DNA of 38,977 nucleotides from Amoeboaphelidium protococcarum X5 (GCA_023515725.1 JALDTO010000175.1:1-38977), one strand, 5' to 3'. Shown: positions 13,896-26,397, counted from the first letter of the stretch. Translations and numbers: made by a program. Notes: generated by a model not told the origin, from the sequence alone.

Positions 13896-14037
13896 TTCGT
13901 TTCTTGATTCAACTATAGACATTATTAGTTCACCTTTGATTGAAGCTTTTTTTGATTATTTGTAAATCTTGTAAGATGGATAATTGACTGACTGTAAGCT
14001 AGTCGATAATACAGTGTAAGTTGAGGTAATAGTAGTT

Positions 14038-14312
14038 AATCACAGAGATAGTAAGAGAGTGAAATGTTTCAACTCGAGGCTAAAAATATGATAGTTAGCA
14101 TGTTCGAAAAATAGCTTTTAGCTGACTAATAGGCCCCATGAGATTAATAGCTTGAAAATTGTATCAAATTTATAGTAAAAAGTTAGACTTTTGTATGAAA
14201 CTTGGCCAACATTAAAGTATGATGGCTACACCGTGCCTTATCGTTTGTTTGTTCCACAGGTAGGACGCGATTTGCTCCATATTTGATGAATTTCATTGTT
14301 CCATGGCCATTA
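14038..14312. repeat. Direct repeat copy 1 (~275 bp; empty-site paralog of the MITE insertion)
   Basis: Aligns with 15705-15726 plus 16247-16510; shared exact blocks include agattaatagcttgaaaattgtatcaaatttatagta and aagttagacttttgtatgaaacttggccaacattaaagtatgatg. Confidence 0.95.
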
Positions 14313-14607
14313 ATAATAATAATTTTTTTATACAAGGAGCCGAATCACAAAGCTGGCAATCTCATGGCCTCATCTATATGATAAGATATTGACCACTTCC
14401 CTAGCGGGCAACGGCATAATAATTGCTGTTTGATTAGTCAGCAAATCCAATGTTCCCATCACACCTGGACAGCTCTTCACGCGTCCCACTTGATCATTTT
14501 ACAGTTATTAAGATTGCCTTGCAAATGAAGTGCCAATGAGATGTTTATGCATTATTATAGATTCTATTTATTGTTTCTCACTTATCATGCCAGGGTCATT
14601 AAAGAGT

Positions 14608-15279
14608 TCATTATCCACACAACAATTTTTTCAACATGTGCACCAGAGCCGACGTAGAATGAGAATCCAATCCTTCAACTTCCATGGCGCTCAACACTTT
14701 TGGTAACTCATTGTACTCAGCGACCGCATGAGCAATCAGATTGCGTGTCTTTGAGAAGCGAGACCACACCGCAGGATCCTTCACCACTTCGCCAAACTGA
14801 GCTGCAAAGGCGTCAAAGGCGTCATAGAATTAAATCACCCCGTCAGGCACATTGGCGCTGGAGCGAGGATAGCTACGTTGCAAGCTTTGATAATAAACAG
14901 CTAAGTGATCCAAATGCTTCAAACGGTCAAAGTTATCTTACCACAGGATACAATGCCCAAAGTTACGTCCAATCAACTGCTTTTCTTTGGCTTTGAAACT
15001 TTGGTAGGCCTTAAAAACAGCCTCGGCAGCTTTGCGAGTTTTCAAATCCTCTTTTAACAACACGTTATCCTTTCTCAATCCCATCACTTCATGTCCCAAA
15101 TTATCTAGGCGAGTAACCAGAGCAGATAAATACCCTTCCTTGGCAACGGCAACCAAATTTCCTGAATCTTCATATTGAGCATCCTCCGCAGACACACGAC
15201 CAGCCAATTTGTAGATCTTGCGAACATTGTTAGCAGCATTAATATTGACCTTGCTTTCCTCAACGACCTCACTGACCAT
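14608..15279 (-). CDS. Orphan coiled-coil protein with a C-terminal RNxxAH (HEPN-like) motif (~223 aa; frame is open further upstream to ~15495)
   Basis: Track ORF 14938-15414 continues through TAA to TAA-TGA at 14608; contains LVTRLDNLGHEVMGLRKDNVLLKEDLK and WSRFSKTRNLIAHAV. Confidence 0.7.
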
Positions 15280-15704
15280 CTTTGGTTTCAGTGCAGATTT
15301 ATAACGTTTCACTAATTTTAGCGTTAGAGAGACCCATAGTGGAACCTTGGGGTTTAATAGAAGACAACGTCGGACCTCAATGCGCAAAGAGGACAGCAAC
15401 AGTACAATGGCCACTTCGTTTCCAGCTTTGTATAATAATGACTCTGGCCCAGAAGTATACGTTTAGGTTTAGCCAGCTTTTGGAATTGTATCTCATGTAT
15501 TGAGCTTCTTTGGTATTTGGCAATGTTGGCTTTGATGGGTCAATATTAGTAGATTATGGCAACCGACTAGATGTCTCTTGCATTTTTCATTGATTCAGCG
15601 ATTCATTGTTGGGGGTGAAGAAGGAGGATGTTTACCAGATAAGGGGTGAATGCGAAGCGAGTTTTTCGTTCGGAAATTCGAGCGGCAATTAATCACTCGA
15701 AGGA

Positions 15705-16510
15705 AATCACAGAGTTGGGAAGAGAGTAGTGTTGGGCAGGCATGGAGAGAAGCCGGCTCGGCTGGAACTCAGGGTCGGCTTGGCTTCAGCTTGCTATTTT
15801 TACGTAAAGCCTGAGCCAGCCGGCTCATTCATAATAAAGCGAAAGTAAGTTGAGAATGGTGATACTGATCTATTACATTCAACAGCTATAATGGAACGAA
15901 TTACTCTTATTCATCCTAACTTAGCTAGGTTTCAAATTTTAATGTTCTACCGAAAAGTAGTGTCTTTGTTAGTCACATTAGCAGCTTAAACCGCGTCTGC
16001 AACAGTTGCCATTGCAGAAACCACGCACTAATCATTGTGATGTTAGGCTCATAGCGCTGACTGTGAACTTTTCGTAAAGAACACACACAGATAATGATGA
16101 AAAATGGGAATGATGGCTTCACAGGCTCTAAAATTCTATTTTATCTGAGTTCTCTTGAAAATAAATCTACAATTATAGCAAGCCAGCTCAAGATGACTTC
16201 AAGCCGGCTTTACAAGCCCAAGCCAAGCCGAGCCTGCCCAACACTAGAAGAGAGTGAAATGTTTCGATTCGAGGCTATAAATATGATAAATAACATGTTC
16301 GAAAAATAGCTTTTGGCTGACTTACAGGGCCCCACAAGATTAATAGCTTGAAAATTGTATCAAATTTATAGTACCAAGTTAGACTTTTGTATGAAACTTG
16401 GCCAACATTAAAGTATGATGACTGGACCGTTTCTTGAGCCTTTGTTCGTTCCACAAGACGGACGCGTTTCTCCTCCAATTTTGATGAATTTCATTGTTCC
16501 ATGGCTATTA
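15705..16510. repeat. Direct repeat copy 2, interrupted by a MITE; ends 10 bp before the importin ATG
   Basis: aatcacagagttgggaagagag[MITE]gaagagagtgaaatgtttc... corresponds to copy 1 aatcacagagatagtaagagagtgaaatgtttc. Confidence 0.9.
15727..16246. mobile_element. Non-autonomous hAT-superfamily DNA transposon (MITE), 520 bp
   Basis: Perfect 15-bp TIR TAGTGTTGGGCAGGC (15727-15741) / GCCTGCCCAACACTA (16232-16246); perfect 8-bp TSD GAAGAGAG (15719-15726, 16247-16254); subterminal AGCC(G)/(C)GGCT repeats; no transposase. Confidence 0.93.
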
Positions 16511-16520
16511 GAGAGGGAGA

Positions 16521-19229
16521 ATGACTTAATAATTTGCCAACGTAGTTCTAAGACTGCAAGATCCTTAAAAATACACTACGACACAATAGTAAGATTTAAA
16601 AACGCTAGAGTCGTACCTAGGAAATCCAGACAGTCTGCAAATTGCTTCATAGATACTGCTCTCGCCGTCTTAGTATGATCATATTGTCTAGTGGTATGCT
16701 GCGAATTTAATCCATAATCTGGCGCGTAATTTTGCTGACAACTCATAGAAGGGTAGTCTGATATAAATACTACTTAGAATTCTTAGCTAGCAAGATTTAT
16801 CGACCATGGTTGCTGATTAGCTTTATGCTGCGTATTCCCTTGTCATAAGCGATTTTGAACTGGACGTTCTGTGTCATCATATAGGTCTTGGAATATTGCA
16901 AAAGTTGAAGATTGTTTAGTTGTATGTTGAGTAAATGAATTACTCCCTACACAGTCGGGATAGATAAAAGCTTCTCGATTGGTTATCTCGTCTTTAAGAT
17001 ATAATCTCGAATGACACTGGTCTTATTATAGCGTTCAAGTTGTTTCTATCTGCCTGTATGAAGTTATTTACTCTGCAGTAAGTGGCGCCACTAATCACTT
17101 CATTAAATGCATCTGATGATGTATAAATATCTATCGCTCTGTATTCTGCTTTGATTAACCATCCAGAGTCAGGCAAGTATACTCGTTCTCTGCAAGTATT
17201 ACTTTTGCGATTTTTAGTCTCTGTTCCGGTTGCTTAATATACTGAAAGTCTAATGTAGTCCTAGGCATTGGATGGTATTGTGGAAATATTGTAGTTACTC
17301 TTGCTCATGGTGGAAGAGTTGTCAATCTTGGAGTGCTTGTTACTATCTGATGATGCGTCACGCTCTTCTGTTCGCTTAATATTAGATCTTTTGATTCGAC
17401 TGAGTGACCCTCAATATGCCTTCAGCATTGGTAATTAAGTGGTGACTTTATGGGCGGCTATTTTTGAGTCCTGTGAGTCTATATTGAATAAGTACACTGC
17501 TGTGATACAAGATGGAAATTTGGTAGCTTCATAGTCTTAATCTGTAAATTCTAGTGTTAGCTCCTTGTCTTTAGAGCAGTTGATTACGTTCGACTAGCCT
17601 GATAGTGGTACTTCTATTTATAATGCAGTCAGTTAATAAAGCATTTATGTGTTCAAAGATATCATGTCGTAAGCCGCTTTTACTTTTTTGAATACAGTAT
17701 TGAATATTCTAAGTGAGATAATTAGTTAAAATGATGATGATGTCGAAGACTTTGCGGACGCGATGGGACAGAGCCTTAAGACTATAAGTTTTGTCTTAAA
17801 TGTGGACGCGTTTAGTTAGTATGTTGATGTTCTTCGTCAATAAGCTCCTTAAATGAACATGAATTAGATTAAGGCTTTGCTGTATTGTTTGCAGATGGCG
17901 GCTGAATATTCCTAATTTGGGAGTATGGATTTAGCGGAGTATTTTGTTCATTCCATGCTCGCTATTGCCTCTTAGCATACCGAACTATCTCATTACTGTA
18001 TCAAGAGCCTCATATCTGCTCAAAAGTGCTTTAAACATCTTAGTCTATCGCAACTGTAAGAAGTATTTTAAGAATTACTCAAACTGCTCGTATCTGGATC
18101 TGGTGAGACTTTAAAAAGTGCTGAACAGTTATGCATCCTCCTCTGTTTGAATTGCCGTTCCGCTATCAAACCGCTATATATGTAACTTATACAGCTGCCC
18201 GTTACCAGAATTGATCAGCGGCTGTGTGTGATCTAATGCTTGTTTCATCTTATGTAGGATATGGAAGCAGATGAATAATCTGTTTTAATTTAGTCCATTA
18301 TAGGCATGGTTTAGAATCAGAATGTCATCAACCATAGTGTAGCTGGTATTCATATGCATTTGAATTTGATTTTAAAAGTGCTGCACCTGTTTTTAAGCAG
18401 TGCTAATTTTGTAAATGTAGATGCAATTAAATCTCTTGTTGCTTGTGTATTAAATGTTTGTACTGGCTTTCCTAGATAATAGATGACTCGAGATTCTGAA
18501 CAGTTATATGAAGATTATGTGTATATTCTATGTAGAACTATCGTCTTAGTTGTGCATTATGAATTTGACGTTCTTTCATTGGAATCCGCCGTGTCTTAAG
18601 CGTTGCAATTAATTAGCAGCAACAATCTGGCCTTTCAGAGCTCTGGGTGTGTATAAGCATTAAGCACTTTGCTCGACATGATAGGAGATCCTCGTATCCT
18701 CCTCAAAACCGTCTCCGTGGTTAAACCTCTGTTTACCAACTTTTTTGGCTATATACTCAATCATTCTATCGATTAATCCATCATGAAAGCGGAGATGGAA
18801 TATGCTAATAGTGTCTTTGAATTAGTGACATAAATTCTCAGGCGGATTCCCAAGACAATTTAGGCCGAGTATGTATCCAATCTCTTGCGGGTGGGCTTTT
18901 AAAGCCCGAACGTGGTGAATAGTGAGACTTTTGCATAGCTTCTGGCTAAGCTGTAAGATAAGTTGGAATTGACTTTGGAATAGAAGGCTTTAATAGTGTC
19001 ATCGATCTATGGTGCCACGTTGGAGAACAAAAGTGCTGATAATGCACTTACTAAGGTGCTGTACAATATTGCTCGTCGTGATCCTTTCCTGGTGAAGCGT
19101 GTTTTTACAGATATAATATCGTCGAATGGTTAAAATTACAAGATGAACCTGATTTAGAAATTATAGGCCACTCGTTCGCTACCTGAGTTCATATTTGCAT
19201 TTCAAACTTTTATGGAGAAGCGCTCGTGA
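16521..19229 (+). CDS. Importin-beta family karyopherin (importin-13/transportin-SR-like), ~902 aa
   Basis: Start and stop are in frame with TAR=Gln; IBN_N-like start LKTLESYLGNPDSLQIASQILL...IVQWYAANLIHN; Leu-rich helical (HEAT-like) composition; typical length for the family. Confidence 0.7.
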
Positions 19230-19849
19230 TTAGTTTCTTAGATGTGTTCTTCTGTTATTGAGAGCAATTAGTACGTGCCGCGCTTCGATGTATACTAAGT
19301 AAATGATAGAATGATTGATATATTTTAATAATAATCGAAGCCATAAAACGTTAATTATCATACGTAGAATTGAAGTACCACTGAATTTTAATTGTCTGTT
19401 TTAAAAGCATGCCTGTCCCACTGGTGATGGGAGAGAACTTAGTCTTTGTTTTGAGGCTATTATGTTCGAGAAGAGAGCAAAATTTAGGCGGATTTTGCTA
19501 GCACAATTATATATTCGTATGATAAATGTAATTTAACTTAACATATGAATCCGCACTGTTCCATCTATAAAGAAACGCGTCAAGATAAAATAGACGCCCT
19601 ACTATTAATACCTACAGTACCTTTACACCCAAATGCCATAAAATTCTGTTTCGTATTGACAATATGAAGATCTCACTCAGAACTGTTTCAGAAGCTTCTA
19701 AGCGCGTCGCTTCTTCCCAAGTCAGAATTTCTTACCCTGAAAGCTCACCTTTAACACCAATTTATTTCATTCATCATTCACTTACAGAAATCCACCTTTA
19801 ATTCTGTTACACTTTACTTCTATTACAGAATTTAGCACTTGGTACATAT

Positions 19850-21589
19850 ATGAAACGTCAGTCAACTGCCTTCAAAATTCTGCTCTTTCTTGCTGTAAGC
19901 TTGGTCATCCTGTTCGTTGTCTCTATCTAGAATCTGTGGACTCTGCAGAATGTTAGGAGTATTCATTTGGAAAAATTCAAGAATCCATTCCGCAATATCC
20001 TGCTGGACAAGGATGCTCTGTTATCTCAGACCTACGGTGACGATGTTGATGGTGGTGGTGATGATGCTATTAGTGTAAATTTGGTGAATTCTGAAACAGA
20101 GCTGGCTTCGAAAGCGAATCGTAACGATGATGACGATGCTGTTGCAGGGTCCTTGGGAAGTGATGATAATACAGCGTCACCTTAATCATCATCGGTAGTA
20201 GGCAACACAATAAACAGCAACAATAAGTATCTCGCCTACTTGCCTCATAGTGGCTTTAGCAATCAGGTGGGTGAGTTGGAGAACGCGATAATGCTTGCTA
20301 AACTCAGCAATAGAACGTTGATCATTCCTCCGCTCTATATTGGATGGCAGGATGTACCATGGCATCCATTTGATGATTTGATGTAAAGTGTCAGAATTGC
20401 CGAGAGTTTAATACTGGGAGACTAGACATCACCTCCAGAGTATGTGAATATAGATACGTACAACTAGATGAAGCACAAGTTCAACTCAAACAGTAATCTT
20501 AGAAAGAAGGCCGTTCTCCCTGCTGATTTATTATTCAACTTGGACTTTGTGGAATCATCAGTCTCGGCGTATGAATTTGTGTAGAATATCTAGACATCTG
20601 GTCCTCTGTATGCTGAGGATATTCTGCTGATTAAAGAGTAGGCCAAGTATCATTATAGATATCTCTTCGGATTGGATCAAGTGAATGACAGCGACATCAA
20701 AATGTAAGGATTATCGGTTGATGGTTTGCATAAGAATTTCAGTGCTGGAGCATCTGAATAAGCTTAACTTCCAACGCAGTTTTAGCAATATCAGAACAAG
20801 TTCCAGCACATCGTCAACTGGTAAGAATCAGATCATAAACTTGTAGTTATTGGTTCAACATTTGGCTTCAATCGTCTACTTTTACTGGGAGATGACGCTG
20901 CTTTGAATGCAACGATGGCTGAAGTAAGAAGGAGCTTAACTTTGCAGAGTAAGAATCTTGAATCTATTGTCGATTCCCTAATTAGCTAAATGCCTTTCGA
21001 TAAAAATGATTTTTGGATTAGCGTTCATTTAAGGAGCGGCGATGGCTCATTCAAGAATAGAGTTGGTACTTCGGTGTAGTCTATCATTGCTGCAATCTAG
21101 AAGAACAAATGCCCTGAAGATACTCCTGCTTAGTCATTGTCATCATAATGTATAAAAACTCCAGTTAACATCTTTGTGGCTACAGATTTAAGTGATCCTT
21201 TGTAATTGCAGCCTCTTGCAGATTGTCCAGATATTTAGACTCTAGTAACTTTGAACGATTTTGACTTGGATCTTTTTGCAGAGATACTACATACGCTGTC
21301 TGATGAGAGATCCACAAGCTATATGGAATCTTTGAGTCCGCTGATTGATTACCTACATGGCCACAACTTGGATGAAGATGAGTAGCTGAGTCTGTAGTCA
21401 TTTTCTCCCGAAGATACAGCAAGATCTAATCCAATCTCAAACTCCATTTGGTATCCTTTCATTGACCAGTTGATTGCTGCAAGATCTCATGGCTTCATCG
21501 GCACTCGTGGTAGTACCTTTACCAATCTCATTGAACGGATGCATTAGGCATTTAGACAAGAAGATGCTTGGACCATCGACAAGGTTTGA
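19850..21589 (+). CDS. Type II membrane O-fucosyltransferase-fold glycosyltransferase (fungal CigA-like), ~579 aa
   Basis: N-terminal TM anchor; KYLAYLPHSGFSNQVGELENAIMLAKLSNRTLIIPP; ISVHLRSGDG; IFVATD; FIDQLIAARSHGFIGTRGSTFT. Confidence 0.88.
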
Positions 21590-21799
21590 AGGTTCTGATT
21601 TCGATTTTCTACTTCTGCGCGTGTGTGTTCATAGTATAAGTGTAAGGATGCTATATCTTTTGAATAGTGAATGCAATTGTAATTATAATCATCATCATAA
21701 TTTAGTTTATTCAGCGACTTTACATTTGTCTCTCTGCTTATGAATGCTCAACTAATTTTTTAGCGAAGATTTACTCTAATCAATATCACTAGAAGTAGA

Positions 21800-22649
21800 A
21801 TGCACCGCATTTAATACACGTTCGTCACTGGTAATAAGAACAAACTGGCTGAAGTGCAGCAGATTATCGGCAATGATATCAATTTGACATCCGCTGCTAT
21901 TGAAGATGGTAATAAAATCCGCTTTTTATTCAAATCGATCACCCAAAATTAGATCTGCCGTATTAGAGTGTAGTACCAGAGATTTAAGGAACGCCGGAAG
22001 AGATTGCAATCGCCAAGTGTAAGGCGGCACTCAGAATCTTGAATAAGCCTGTAATCACTGAGGACACTTGTTTATGCTTCGATTCTCTTAACGGTCTCCC
22101 CGGTGCTTATATCAAACAGTTTCTTCACGCGTTGGGACATTCTGGTATGATCGCTTTGCTTTAAAAACGCTATAAGATCGACGCTCTCATCTTAATAATA
22201 TCTCATACGTGTCTGTGTGTGTAGGCTTAAATAAGATGGTTGAAGGATTCAAGTAGGACGATCCTGATGGATACAATAAAGCTTATGCAATGACTATATG
22301 CGCGCTCGGCATCCCCGGTGAAGATGAGATTAAATTGTTTTCAGGCATAACAAAGGTATAGACTGTACAGTAATGCTGTCTGTATATCGACGTTATCACT
22401 TTAGTTGTGTAGGGAAAGATTGTTCAAGCAAGAGGACCTACCAACTTTGGATGGGACCCCATTTTTGTAAGATTATATGCTGGTTTGCAATTGCGCGTAA
22501 TATGTTTGAACGTTGTCTTTAATGTGTAGGAGCCAGAGGAGGGGAATGGTAAAACTTATGCAGAAATGGATAAAGCGGATAAGAATCAAATTTCCCATAG
22601 AAGTCGCGCATTTAATAAGCTGCGTGAGTATCTCCTTCATAAACAGTGA
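21800..22649 (+). CDS. ITPA: Inosine triphosphate pyrophosphatase (HAM1/ITPA); introns 21909-21973, 22145-22224, 22356-22412, 22467-22529
   Basis: [17 protein letters not shown] (Q=TAA), [36 protein letters not shown]. Confidence 0.96.
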
Positions 22650-23206
22650 TACTTTATTATTTGGACTAAATTTATGATTTGGCGTTATTAGATAAGTTTA
22701 TTTTGAACGATATCGGAAAGAATCATTATGTTTAGTTCCAGCATTTAAATACTCCAAGATCCATGGCTTATGCTTCATTTTTAAATATACAGTAGTTTCA
22801 ACGCGTCATTTTAGCGTTGTGGCATTAGAGATGGTTACTGCCGTCAACATTGAGAGCGACGCGTCACCTGAAGTGTGCCTCTTGCAGTTGAAACGCCAAG
22901 AAACAATCGCGTGACACGAATTGGATTTATCAATGATTGTTGATTGATAAGCTTGAACACTTTTACTTTAGAACTAAATGTGGCTCCCAATAAAGCAAAT
23001 GCAGATCTAATTTCCCTGTAATGAATAGACACTCTCATATTATTGTAATCACTATTCAGCATCGGCATTGAACGCTCCGTTTTACACCGAAATAAGTTGT
23101 CGGTCACAATCCCATTACAAACTCAAATCCGTTTTCTTTCTTTAAACGTTTACACAATTCCTCTTCTAATTGTATAATATATTCACTTTAACGATAATCA
23201 ATTATT

Positions 23207-24526
23207 ATGCCGTAGGACGTTGATATTTAGACAGTAAATTGGTTGGGGTAGCGGACAGCAGAGTGGTTAAATGTATTGTAAGAGTATGAAAAGTGGGTGA
23301 TGGGCGTGTATTATAGCATTCTGTTGGGCCTCTCGCCTTGGATTTCAATGGTGACCCTGTATATGTGGACATCGATTATTGGAATTCTACTCAGTGGCAA
23401 GATATCTTATATATACACTGCGGTATCGATGTGGCTACTAGTGGCGCTGGTGGAGTATTTGTATAAAGCTCAGATTCTTCAACGATACCTGGGAGGAGCA
23501 TTTGATAAGATTGGTGATATTTTGTACAAGTCAGCTGATCAAGTGCAACAGAGGACCGGATATAAACCTTTGGAGTTGACTGATATTTGCTATTATGTAT
23601 CAGTACTAGAGTATTAGGTTCTATCTCTGTAGGATCGTTTGTCGACAATCAGGTATTAGAATGCCTTGCGATATCTGGTAATTGTGGCGTTGATTTACGT
23701 TGCCGTATCGCTACTTGGACTGGTGTTTAGTGACAAGAGTATTGCGTACATTATCCTGGTTGGTCCTCTATTATTGCCAGTTCTCCACCACTATCATATA
23801 ATCGGTCGCGCCTATGATTCAGTAGCTTCCACCTCTGGCCCTATACATCGATCTCTGGACAGGTTGAAGCATAATCGCGTTTATGAGTCTAATCTGAGGC
23901 CAGCAGTTAATGCTATCGTGAATGTGGTTGGTGGATGGTATGATAAGTATTAGTAGGCTGTGGAGTTGGATGATACATACATGAAGGGAAGTCCGGCTGC
24001 ATCGAGAATGTTCCGACCTTCTCAATCTTCATAGTAGCAGTATTAAGGTAGACCATCTAATGTATCATAGAATTCCTCTACAGCTGATAGTTTTCGTGAT
24101 ATATTTACAAGAGGTGATCCGCTTTAGTAATAGACTCCTATTAGCAATAAGAACGTGGCTAATGCGTATGATGATCGAAGGTCTTCCAATTATTCATTCT
24201 TATCACCTATGCACTGGATTGATTAATTTTTATAAAACTCGCCAGCTGCCGTTGGTATCGGTAATGGTAAAGAAGGTGGTACTCGTCATAGTGATCGTCC
24301 TGACGCATAAGGTGGATCTGGTTAGCTAGATGAGAATGACGGTAGCGGTAATCAGTTGAATAAACCTTCATCATCTTCTTCACAATAGTAACAAAGACAA
24401 GGAAATCTTGGAGATTTAAAGTAACGCCGACCATCAAAGCCTAAAGGAAATGAAAGTGACGAATATGATATGATTGACTCGTCCGATTTCAAGTCAAATG
24501 TTAATAATATGAAGAAGAATACATGA
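23207..24526 (+). CDS. Reticulon-homology-domain protein of ARL6IP1/FAM134 (RETREG) type with a disordered tail and LIR-like motif (439 aa)
   Basis: Two long hydrophobic hairpins; LTDICYYV and IAYIILVGPLLLPVLHHYHII resemble ARL6IP1; S/Q/G-rich tail ends DEYDMIDSSDF. Confidence 0.78.
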
Positions 24527-24637
24527 ATATTTGTAATTGGTTCGCCCTAAATTTTAGTTTATGATTTACCGCTGAATGAAAGAAAATTATGTTCATAGTA
24601 TCATGCATCATCATCAAGTACCATACTGTATTTTCTT

Positions 24638-26161
24638 TCATGAAGTTTATTCAATCTATTACTACTTCAGTCTATGTGCCCGATAATCTTCAACCAGAGC
24701 AGCGTGACGTTATTCAACTCTTTCATCCACTTATAAAACGCGTATCTAGTTCTACAGTCGACGCAATTCAATCTATTGATCAGAGATACGCTGAATACTC
24801 TGCGCACACTACAATACAGTGTTGTGATACTTTTCCAACAGTGAAAGGCACTGCTGAGTGAATACTGGATTCTATAGAGATACTTTTGAAGTCAACAGTT
24901 GCCTAAGACGGCTATAGCTGGTACTGCTTTAGTCAACAACTAATTCCTTCTCCTACTATGCAGTAACTATATCTTTGTTCAACTGCAAAAGCTATTCAGA
25001 ATCCTTCTGCACCAAATCATTCAAAGTCTTGAGCCGATCAATCATCTACTACCTACTAGGGAATGAATTTAACGTTGACGCCTGGACCTGCAATTCCTGA
25101 AGCTCATAGTCCAGCTTAGTCTCAATTTACTTCAAATACAGAATGGTGTTTTCTATCTTTTGCTGTTTGCTGACAATCTCTTGGACTTCATCATCTTTCT
25201 CTTAATTGTATTCAGTTTACAGCTGCTTCAACTGTTAATCAAGACTAGTGGTTCGATCTACAATCTACTACTAAACTTCGTTCAATTGCCTCTATGCATT
25301 TTGTAATAACTATTATAGATTCTCCTGCTATTACTAAACCTCGCCAGTACTATGCTCAGATACAAATTATCTAGCTTTCTCAATGTAAACAGGATCTATA
25401 ACTACAGCGGACGATGATATTGCTGGTTGACTCTCTCGCAACTATTGAGCCTCTTTTAAGACTTTAATATCTTTACGCAACACCTTTATCTTTTGTCGAA
25501 GCTCCTTGCCTTTCACGAGATTACTGGAATCTGAGCCGCTCGTTTCCTTAATCGCACTTTAATCAGTAATCACTTACTGCTACTGCTGCTATTGTTACTA
25601 TGACCATAGTAACTGTGGTGACTTGGCGCGTATAGATTATTAAGAGGCAGGCCTTTATCGCATGAACTGTTGCAACTACTACCTCCAAAAGTCGCGCATC
25701 TCTCGAAGTTGAGATCTCGAATATCTGTTGCTATCACTCAGCATTAAGGCTTTATAGGCAGCATTGTTATCGTCATCATTACCAGAGAGGGATCCCTATC
25801 TCGCAGTACATAGTTAATCATACTTTTGCACAAGAAAGGATAATATGGCAAACAACTCACTTCGCTGTGGATAGAATAACTACGTGAATCCAACATCTGA
25901 ACCATACTCCAGTTGCCGCAATATCTCGCTTACGCGTAAAGTATACTAAAACTTGTTGACTTGATCTATAGACTCTATTGTATTAATAGCATATCGCCAT
26001 TCCATCTATTAATCAAAAGATGCCATATTCTAAACATACAGTCCCACAATATAAGCAAATCTCACACCAACCATCAGATCATCGAGTCTTTACACGTCTT
26101 ATTGCAATACATTTGGCATCTATAGTCTAAATCTAGCATACAGCAAATCATCTAGTTCCAT
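24638..26161 (-). CDS. CCDC22: CCDC22 homolog (CCC/Commander complex), ~507 aa
   Basis: ILRQLEYGSDVGFTQLFYPQRSELFAILSFLVQKY matches the CCDC22 N-terminal motif LGY..LGYQ.FLYP...LL.FL; C-terminal coiled coil ends LVEDYRA. Confidence 0.82.
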
Positions 26162-26397
26162 CTTCAACTTACTTTTGGTGTATTACCTGATAATCAAACT
26201 ATGAATTATAAAATGATAAAATCAGTAATATGATATGCGAGAATTTAGTGAGAGGGAAGAAAGTGTTTAAGTAACGGGCAGATTGAAAAGGAGCGCGCGT
26301 TGTGATTTAGGCTTGACTTCATAATAACTGAGATAAATCAAAAGTGTTAAAAATAACAGAATACAGCTGAGATATTTAAATACAAAAAGATACATTT

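Noticed and set aside
14038-16510. LTR retrotransposon interpretation of the direct repeats
   Set aside because: No TG...CA termini, PBS, PPT or gag/pol similarity could be seen.
16094-16678. Track ORFs 16094-16309, 16275-16478 and 16415-16678
   Set aside because: They cross the MITE, repeat and importin boundaries, and the frames are not preserved in repeat copy 1.
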